A stretch of 63,525 nucleotides of DNA, counting the filler. It is 4 parts of 4 records of this genome, joined end to end, with 100 filler letters (N's around TTAATTAATTAA, not from the genome) between each part and the next. Parts side by side here need not be neighbours in the genome. Positions count along the whole stretch, not along the records: positions 38,923 to 57,879 come from SRR31156797_11058; positions 57,980 to 63,525 come from SRR31156797_11112; 2 more parts are not named here. One strand, given 5' to 3'. The notes beneath the pieces are model-generated. The model made no database searches. It worked only from the letters and a program-made list of their open reading frames with translations, and had not been told where the DNA came from. Shown here piece after piece: positions 57,256 through 63,525 of this stretch; the first letter of the stretch is position 1; every line of letters starts with the position of its first letter. A program made the translations under genes and the position numbers.

Positions 57256-57879
57256 TGATACGGTAAAGCCCCCAGGGTATCTGGGGCAGAAGCAGTGGGT
57301 GATTTCCCGAAGCCAATGCCTGTACCGAATCTTTTTCCTGGGTGATATTCCCACTGCCGAACACCGGGCTGCGGTGAATTTGAAAATCAGCCGGTGGAGT
57401 CCCTTTGACAATACCGGCCGGTACGTTGTCATGGAGAAGGACCGGGCCCTGGTCTGGATTTGGGATGACGGGGAACGTGCCGCCCGAGGGGAAGCCGTGG
57501 GGGAAGAAAAACTGAGTGTTGTTCCCGAGCCCCTTCTTGTGCCGCCCCCGGATGGGGACGGCTTGCGCCTGCTGACCTGCATGGAAGGGGTCGAGGTTCA
57601 AGTCTGGCGGGACGGTTTGCTCCAGGTCGGCCGCTGGTTCAAGGAGTTGCCCGGGCCCGTGGTGCTGCAGCGGTTCCTTGCTTCCAATGATCTGGACCCT
57701 GACACCCCCGTTCCGGAACCCCCTAAAGAGCCATGGCTGGCAAAACCCTGGGCAAAATCGTCCGATCATACCCTCCTGACCACCCTGAAGAGCGAATCCC
57801 TGCTCATCCATGCCTTTGTGGCAATGCTGATCCTGGGGATTGCCTGGAACACGGTCACCTTTTTCCGGTACCACCGGTC
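57212..57879 (+). CDS. GspL-like T2SS accessory protein, truncated by gap
   Basis: Follows gspK; WSPF, VVPEPLL, TM near end; runs into linker. Confidence 0.5.
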
Positions 57880-57979
57880 NNNNNNNNNNNNNNNNNNNNN
57901 NNNNNNNNNNNNNNNNNNNNNNNTTAATTAATTAANNNNNNNNNNNNNNNNNNNNNNNNNNNNNNNNNNNNNNNNNNNN
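57880..57979. other. Artificial contig linker
   Basis: 44 N + TTAATTAATTAA + 44 N. Confidence 0.97.
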
Positions 57980-58345
57980 GTCGCGCTTCCCGAATCGGAA
58001 CTGGGACCGGTCCATACCCCCCTGATCCCGGAACGTCTGGGAAAGATGGAAGGGCTGGATGACGGCGGCATCTCCTGGATGGCCGGCTTCCGGGACCTGG
58101 ATAGCAACGGCCATGTCAACAACGTCCGATATGCGGAATGGACCCTCGAAACCCTTCCCGGTCAGGTACTTTTAAACCAGCACCTCGCCTCCCTTGAGCT
58201 GGAGTTCAAAAGCGAACTGCGCCTCGGAGACCAGGCCCGGTCCGTGGGCTGCCCTGCCGCCCCCCCTGGCGTCTATGACCATGCCGTGGTGAAACACGAC
58301 GGCACCCTTGCCTGCCGCGCACGCTCCAGTTGGCATATGGGATAA
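57980..58345 (+). CDS. Acyl-ACP thioesterase, 3' part
   Basis: Open from contig start; DLDSNGHVNNVRY hotdog motif, EFKSELRLGD. Confidence 0.8.
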   Translation, partial: VALPESELGPVHTPLIPERLGKMEGLDDGGISWMAGFRDLDSNGHVNNVRYAEWTLETLPGQVLLNQHLASLELEFKSELRLGDQARSVGCPAAPPGVYDHAVVKHDGTLACRARSSWHMG

Positions 58346-58436
58346 AAACCATGCCGCCGGTGAAATGAAAAAGTCTTGTACCATGGAAAATCAGGTCTCC
58401 GCCATTCCTGATTTTCCAATAAATTTCATCCTTTTC

Positions 58437-58466
58437 TTGACAAAAAGCAGACGCTTATTTTACAAT
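58437..58466 (+). promoter_or_regulatory. Sigma70-type promoter
   Basis: TTGACA-N18-TACAAT. Confidence 0.55.
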
Positions 58467-58677
58467 TCATCATCTTTTTTTTCTTACTTCCTACGACAAG
58501 CTCTTACCAGACTTCGGCCGTCCCCATGGACCGGATCACAACACCTTTTTTGCAATAATTAATTTCGCCGGAAACGTTTCAACATCCATTTAACCCGATG
58601 TATGATCCCGGCAACCCCGGGTGATGGATAACCAAACCGACATCAAGGCAAAAATTTCAAAAGGAGGAACTCCTATC

Positions 58678-59148
58678 ATGAAGAGAGCCATTTTGTTTGC
58701 AGGTGCGTTAGTTATTGTTCTTTTTTCCGTGATAGTGGCCCATGCGGGAAATTTTACGCCCGAGGACGCAAAGAACCTGACCATCAAAGCCGTTGACCTC
58801 ATCGAAAAAATGGGAATCGAAAAGGCCCGGGAGATTCTCCATGACAAAAACGGCGGATACAGACAAGGCGCGAACGGAGAGCTGTACGTGTTTGTTGTGG
58901 ACTGGAACGGTGTCTGGCTGGCATATCCGCCAAAACCTTCTGGGGTTGGCAAAACCGTACTCAACGTAAAGGATCCTGACGGAAAATACCTTGTAAAAGA
59001 TATGATCTCCATTGCCAAGACAAAAGGCGAAGGATGGAGCGAATACAGGTGGTTGAATCCCGAGACCGGAAAGATCCAGCACAAGATATCATATATTAAA
59101 AGAATTCCGGGCAAGGAGATGTACGCGGCATCAGGTATCTACAAATAG
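58678..59148 (+). CDS. Stand-alone periplasmic single Cache domain protein
   Basis: AGGAGG RBS; signal peptide ..AHA; LYVFVVD, KDPDGK, GEGWSEYRWLNP, KISY, SGIY. Confidence 0.85.
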   Translation: MKRAILFAGALVIVLFSVIVAHAGNFTPEDAKNLTIKAVDLIEKMGIEKAREILHDKNGGYRQGANGELYVFVVDWNGVWLAYPPKPSGVGKTVLNVKDPDGKYLVKDMISIAKTKGEGWSEYRWLNPETGKIQHKISYIKRIPGKEMYAASGIYK

Positions 59149-59257
59149 GTGTTGAACAGTCATAATCTCTGTCCCGCATACGCACGTTCAAAGCCGTATC
59201 AACACGACAGAGGTTATGACCAGGACCGGGAACCCTATCAACAGGGATTGTTACGCT

Positions 59258-60712
59258 ATGAAAAGATTTCGCCAACTTTCAGTGACGACAAAAGTTTTTA
59301 TATCTCCAGTGCTTGTCATGGTGATCCTCCTTGCCGCGGCTGTGATGTCATATATGGGATCTCTCAAGCAGGAGGCCGCACTGGACCATGTGGTTAATGT
59401 CGCATTTAAAAAAGCAAGCACAAGCAGCGATATCCGACAGCTCATCAATTATGCCAACGGTGCCCTGATGCACGTCATCGCCCTTGCGGACTCAGGCATC
59501 GAAGATGAAAAGGTCGAAATCATCCGGAAAAAGGTCTGGCAAAACATTGCCGCCGCCAAGAAAATGATAGCGGATTTTGAAAAACAGTCCAGCCTTGCCC
59601 CGGAAGAGATAAAAATACTGCAAAGGATAAAAACGGCGTTGACCGATTTTGAAAAAGCAGCCGGTGAGATTATGGACTTCGCCTCCCTAGACAGAATGCT
59701 TGCCATACCGATGATGGACGAAGTGTCATCCAGACAGGAAAATTTAGACACTGCGGCCACGGATTTTTACAAACTGGAAAGCAAGATGGCCGAAAAACGT
59801 TTTTTCGTTTCCCGCACTTCAGCCCGAAGCAGCCGGAGCCTGTTCATGTGGCTGGTTGTGGGGGCGTTGTTGATCTCCCTTATTATGACGATTTTGGTCT
59901 CAAGGTCCATTACCGTCCCCCTGAAAAAAGTGATAACCGGCCTGGCAGACGGCTCCGAACAGGTGGCGAGCGCATCCAGCCAGATCTCATCTTCGAGCAA
60001 GCGCCTTGCAAAGGGATCATCAGATCAGGCAAACGCCATAGAAAAGACAGCGTCCTCCCTTGAACAGATCTCTTCAATGACAAATGAAACGGTTGAAAAT
60101 GCAACCCAGGCAAAAGATCTGGTAAAACAAGGAGACAAGATTATCGTAACGGCCAATGATTCCATGAATCAACTGACCGCATCCATGGAGGAGATCACAA
60201 AAGCCAGTAAAGAAACCTTCACGATCCTCAAAACCATTGACGAAATAGCATTCCAGACCAACCTGCTGGCCCTGAACGCAGCCGTTGAGGCTGCACGGGC
60301 GGGTGAGGCCGGCGCTGGGTTTGCCGTTGTGGCCCAGGAGGTCAGGAACCTGGCAAAACGGTCTGCCGAAGCCGCGCAAACCACCTCTGAACTCATCGAG
60401 GGAACCGTCCTGAAAATAAACAACGGTTCAGCGCTGGTGTCAAAGACAAACCAGGCGTTTTCAATGGTCGCAGAGAACTCCACAAAAGTCGGCGCCATCG
60501 TGGATGAAATCGTCGACATCTCAAACGAACAGAACAGCGGCATTGCAAAGGTGAACCAGGCAGCCATGGAAATGGACAACGTCATCATAGAAAATTCGGA
60601 AAATGCAAAGGGGTCTGCATCGGCTTCAGAGGAGATGGACAGGCAGGCCAGCCAGATGAGAGATTTTGTCCAGGCCCTCGTGTCCCTCGCAGGAGGCGCC
60701 AAATCCTCCTGA
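59258..60712 (+). CDS. Methyl-accepting chemotaxis protein
   Basis: Two TMs around a helical sensor; IAFQTNLLALNAAVEAARAGEAGAGFAVVAQEVRNLA. Confidence 0.93.
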   Translation: MKRFRQLSVTTKVFISPVLVMVILLAAAVMSYMGSLKQEAALDHVVNVAFKKASTSSDIRQLINYANGALMHVIALADSGIEDEKVEIIRKKVWQNIAAAKKMIADFEKQSSLAPEEIKILQRIKTALTDFEKAAGEIMDFASLDRMLAIPMMDEVSSRQENLDTAATDFYKLESKMAEKRFFVSRTSARSSRSLFMWLVVGALLISLIMTILVSRSITVPLKKVITGLADGSEQVASASSQISSSSKRLAKGSSDQANAIEKTASSLEQISSMTNETVENATQAKDLVKQGDKIIVTANDSMNQLTASMEEITKASKETFTILKTIDEIAFQTNLLALNAAVEAARAGEAGAGFAVVAQEVRNLAKRSAEAAQTTSELIEGTVLKINNGSALVSKTNQAFSMVAENSTKVGAIVDEIVDISNEQNSGIAKVNQAAMEMDNVIIENSENAKGSASASEEMDRQASQMRDFVQALVSLAGGAKSS

Positions 60713-60821
60713 CCAAATGGTTCCCCCGAATGGGTAGAATCAAAATCGCCTTCCCGGGATCATTCCAGGGGATTGTTCTCCCCTCCTGATCCAACACAAT
60801 TCTGGGTCCTTAAAAAAACCA

Positions 60822-60963
60822 TTGACAAAAAAAAATGTACATCTTAAGACATTGTAAAACGATTGAGCGCTTGATCGGAAAATGATGGTCAGAGAAAAAC
60901 GCAACTATCTCACCGATATCACGGTGAATATTTATTTGGCTATTTTTGCGACTGAGCGCTCGG
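60822..60963 (+). promoter_or_regulatory. Promoter and two palindromic operator-like sites
   Basis: TTGACA-N17-TAAGAC; ATTGAGCGCTTGAT (60862) and CTGAGCGCTCGG (60952); TCACCG-N6-CGGTGA between them. Confidence 0.45.
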
Positions 60964-61064
60964 ATACAAGAAAAATCAGGTTTTAATTAAAGTGGGGCAC
61001 ACAGCACGATCATGGCTCAGTTTAAAATGAATTATTTAATAATTGTTTTGAAAAGGAGTAGTGT

Positions 61065-62276
61065 ATGGCAACGGAAAAATTAAAACCTCGTTGGGGGCAA
61101 CCCCTGACCGGAATCATCTCTTTCTTTTCTTTCCTGGGCATGGCCCTGGCAACATGGTTTCTTTTAAGTGATCCAAGGGGACCGGTTCAATGGTTCCCCT
61201 ATCCATTTGTAATGTATCTGGCAATGATGATACTTGTCGGGCTGTTTCAGCACATGCTCCTGGGGGATTGGCCATTCCAGAATTTTCCCCAGCCGGTCCG
61301 GGGAATCATCCAGACCCTGCTGAATATCACCCTGGTCTGGTTTATCATAGACGTTGTATTTTACCGTGTTCTTGGAACCGGATTGAATTTTCTCAGCTAC
61401 TATGGTCTTGACGCCATCGGACAAAAGGGGCTCTATGCCCAGGTGGCCATTGTCGGTTTTGTACTGATCGGATTTTACACCTTTCCCGTGTCCACCATTT
61501 TCTTTGGCAAATGGCCGGTACAGCCGAGCAATATCCCCCAGCCGGCCGGCGGGGTCGCGGAAATCGCCTGGGGCGCCATGCTCACCCTCTTTTTCTATGT
61601 TGTTCTCATTGTTCCCTTTTTTGGGGTTCTCTTCAAGGGCCCCGTGCTCAACGCTTCCTGGTGGACAAACATCGGCGGAACGCCCCATGTTCACTGGGTG
61701 TTTGGATGGTGGGAATGGGCCATCATCATCCTGTTCATGACAGCCAATGTATGGCGCATGAAACCCTGGAACCTCATCACACTGCCCCAGCCCTGGAAAG
61801 GGTTTGTCTCAGTTGCCATCTCGTTCATCGCAGCCTATATCATCGCCCTCTTCTGCAAAAAGATCGTTTATCTCTGGGTACCCCCTGAAACCTTTGCCCA
61901 CCTGGAAGCCACAAAGGGCGCAGCCGAAGTACAGCGTTTCCTGTGGCTGCACTCGGCTGAGATCGCCGGATTCACCCTGATTCCTTTCCTCATATGGCAT
62001 CACTACTTTGATGATATGTCTCCCATGTCCGACCCGGACAGCTGGAATGCGTTTTTCTTCCGCACCCTGGGAGTGCTGGTCCTGACCGCCATCAGTTACT
62101 GGATTTTCTATTATGGTAACTTTGGTCACTGGGCCCTTGGAAACCACCACATGACAGACCTTTCCCACCGGTTTCCCCATGGCGAATCCCTGGTATGGAA
62201 CTTCTGGTGGATCATCCCCCTGTTATTCAATGAGTGGTTTTTCCATAAATGGCCGTTTTATGTCCATGAGCATTAG
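61065..62276 (+). CDS. Trp-rich polytopic membrane protein, putative transporter
   Basis: AGGAG RBS; about 10 hydrophobic segments; recurring WP....PQP..G motif. Confidence 0.6.
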   Translation: MATEKLKPRWGQPLTGIISFFSFLGMALATWFLLSDPRGPVQWFPYPFVMYLAMMILVGLFQHMLLGDWPFQNFPQPVRGIIQTLLNITLVWFIIDVVFYRVLGTGLNFLSYYGLDAIGQKGLYAQVAIVGFVLIGFYTFPVSTIFFGKWPVQPSNIPQPAGGVAEIAWGAMLTLFFYVVLIVPFFGVLFKGPVLNASWWTNIGGTPHVHWVFGWWEWAIIILFMTANVWRMKPWNLITLPQPWKGFVSVAISFIAAYIIALFCKKIVYLWVPPETFAHLEATKGAAEVQRFLWLHSAEIAGFTLIPFLIWHHYFDDMSPMSDPDSWNAFFFRTLGVLVLTAISYWIFYYGNFGHWALGNHHMTDLSHRFPHGESLVWNFWWIIPLLFNEWFFHKWPFYVHEH

Positions 62277-62318
62277 GGGGTAATTGAAGCTCAATGCGGT
62301 AATTGAGCATCGATTGAT

Positions 62319-62345
62319 ACAGGGCTTGCTTTTGGCAAGCCCTGT
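62319..62345. terminator. Hairpin between convergent genes
   Basis: ACAGGGCTTGC/GCAAGCCCTGT perfect 11-bp stem. Confidence 0.7.
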
Positions 62346-62369
62346 CATATTCGTAGGAGGACGCGGTCC

Positions 62370-63191
62370 CTATCCCTGGGACTGTGCGGAACGGTAGGCC
62401 AGCATGTCCCCGGGGTTGTCAGAGATGATAACATCAACCCCATTGACCCGGGCCTTGTCAAAATTCTCTTCCGTATCAACACTCCATGAATTGACCGGCT
62501 TCTTTGCCAGCAGGGGATTACGCTGCCAAAGCAGTTTTCCGGTTTTGGGGAACAGGCTTATTTCCGGATGCAGGGTGTCGGCCCCGGCGATCAATGCCTT
62601 GATGCCGGACCGGTTGATCATCCCGTTCAACTTATACCGAAAGCTCTTTTTCCGGTCGATATTGACCACCCGGTCCTCTTTCCGGAACAGGTAGGCGGTT
62701 TCCAGTCCGGGCTGAAAGACCTTCACCGTCAGCAGGGTGTTGATATCAAAGGAGGAGACGATCACCTGATCCTCGATCCCGAAATCCACAATGCGCCGGG
62801 CGGCCTTTTGGGCGGTTCGGCACAAAAAGCGGTGGCTGGATTTGATCTCGACATTGAATATCCACCCCGGCCTTGCCTTGACGAACCGGCACACCTCGTC
62901 AAAGACGGGAAACAGAATCCCCCTGGCCCTGCCCTGGGACTGAATTTCATCCAGTGTCCTCTCCCAGGGAAAAAAATCGAAGTGCTTCTTTAAAAACCAC
63001 CGGTTGACCACCAGCAGCCGACCGTCCCTGGTCGACTCCACATCGATCTCAATGCCGTCGGCGCCCACCTCAAACGCCCGGTGAAAGGCGGCCATGGTGT
63101 TTTCAGGAACATCCGCGTTCCTTACTCCCCGATGGCCCAGTATGATAAGTCCCTTTGCTTTCCTCTGCTTCTCTCTGTTTCTCCGCCCCAT
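62370..63191 (-). CDS. Glycerophosphodiester phosphodiesterase (GDPD)
   Basis: GHRG, PENT, IEIDV, NVEIK, SSFD, WSVD, ISDNP. Confidence 0.88.
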   Translation of the reverse strand: MGRRNREKQRKAKGLIILGHRGVRNADVPENTMAAFHRAFEVGADGIEIDVESTRDGRLLVVNRWFLKKHFDFFPWERTLDEIQSQGRARGILFPVFDEVCRFVKARPGWIFNVEIKSSHRFLCRTAQKAARRIVDFGIEDQVIVSSFDINTLLTVKVFQPGLETAYLFRKEDRVVNIDRKKSFRYKLNGMINRSGIKALIAGADTLHPEISLFPKTGKLLWQRNPLLAKKPVNSWSVDTEENFDKARVNGVDVIISDNPGDMLAYRSAQSQG

Positions 63192-63227
63192 GGGCTTCCA
63201 TCCTTTCTACAACCGCTTTTTTTGACA

Positions 63228-63512
63228 TCATCGGTCAAATTCATTGTAATTGCCGCAAAAACCTATAGAGTAAATCAAATAGCCCTGTTTTTGTGGCCCG
63301 ACCCCATAATCGATCAGCCAGACAAACACATTCGTCAACAATGCTTCCTCGTCTTCTCCCCATCCTTCCACACGGAAATCCGGAAAGATCGGACAAAATA
63401 ATAAATTTACTTGATCCAGGTCAAGTAAATCATGCGTTTCATCGTGCATGATCATAATCACGATGGGAGACAACCCCAAATCAACGGAGGAATCCATATG
63501 TTTTGTTTTCAA
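63228..63512 (-). CDS. Hypothetical acidic protein, possibly truncated by window edge
   Basis: 94-aa ORF co-oriented with GDPD; frame stays open to window end. Confidence 0.35.
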   Translation of the reverse strand: MKTKHMDSSVDLGLSPIVIMIMHDETHDLLDLDQVNLLFCPIFPDFRVEGWGEDEEALLTNVFVWLIDYGVGPQKQGYLIYSIGFCGNYNEFDR

Positions 63513-63525
63513 TGTCAGGAAACCG

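Noticed and set aside
57212-58345. ORFs spanning the third linker
   Set aside because: Artefacts of translating through Ns; the two sides are separate contigs.
60992-61012. Sigma54 promoter at GGGGCAC
   Set aside because: No TTGC -12 element at the required spacing.

Overview
The window is four unrelated contigs joined by artificial 100-bp linkers (44N-TTAATTAATTAA-44N at 31615-31714, 38823-38922, 57880-57979), so adjacency across linkers is meaningless. Contig 1 (1-31614) looks like a Bacteroidota (probably Marinilabiliales-like) genome. It carries a GH43 arabinanase, a PI-PLC and a divergent rhamnogalacturonan-I degradation cluster (PL11, 2x GH28, CE12s, GH105, sulfatase, a GH105-CE12-GH43-like fusion, GH106, GH2) whose three promoters share a conserved motif. 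This is followed by an accessory region with attC-like palindromes, a HigBA-type TA pair, a UDG-like gene, local duplications and a drifting 23-bp repeat array. Contig 2 (31715-38822) is the strongest candidate for a new system: an AT-rich two-gene operon encoding a 1568-aa protein (STAS-like + GHKL ATPase + degenerate PRTase + intact PRTase + degenerate C-terminal HATPase-like fold) and an atypical receiver fused to a calcineurin-like metallophosphoesterase, preceded by a ~100-nt multi-stem structure. I infer a nucleotide-centred conflict/anti-phage module. Contig 3 (38923-57879) looks Desulfobacterota-like: secreted/surface proteins sharing an LSLLL motif, then a sugar-nucleotide cluster (including UDP-sulfoquinovose synthase and Wzz) running into a type II secretion cluster. 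Contig 4 (57980-63525) has a partial thioesterase, a stand-alone Cache protein plus MCP, a Trp-rich transporter-like protein and a GDPD. All domain calls are from motifs read by eye; no database searches were run.
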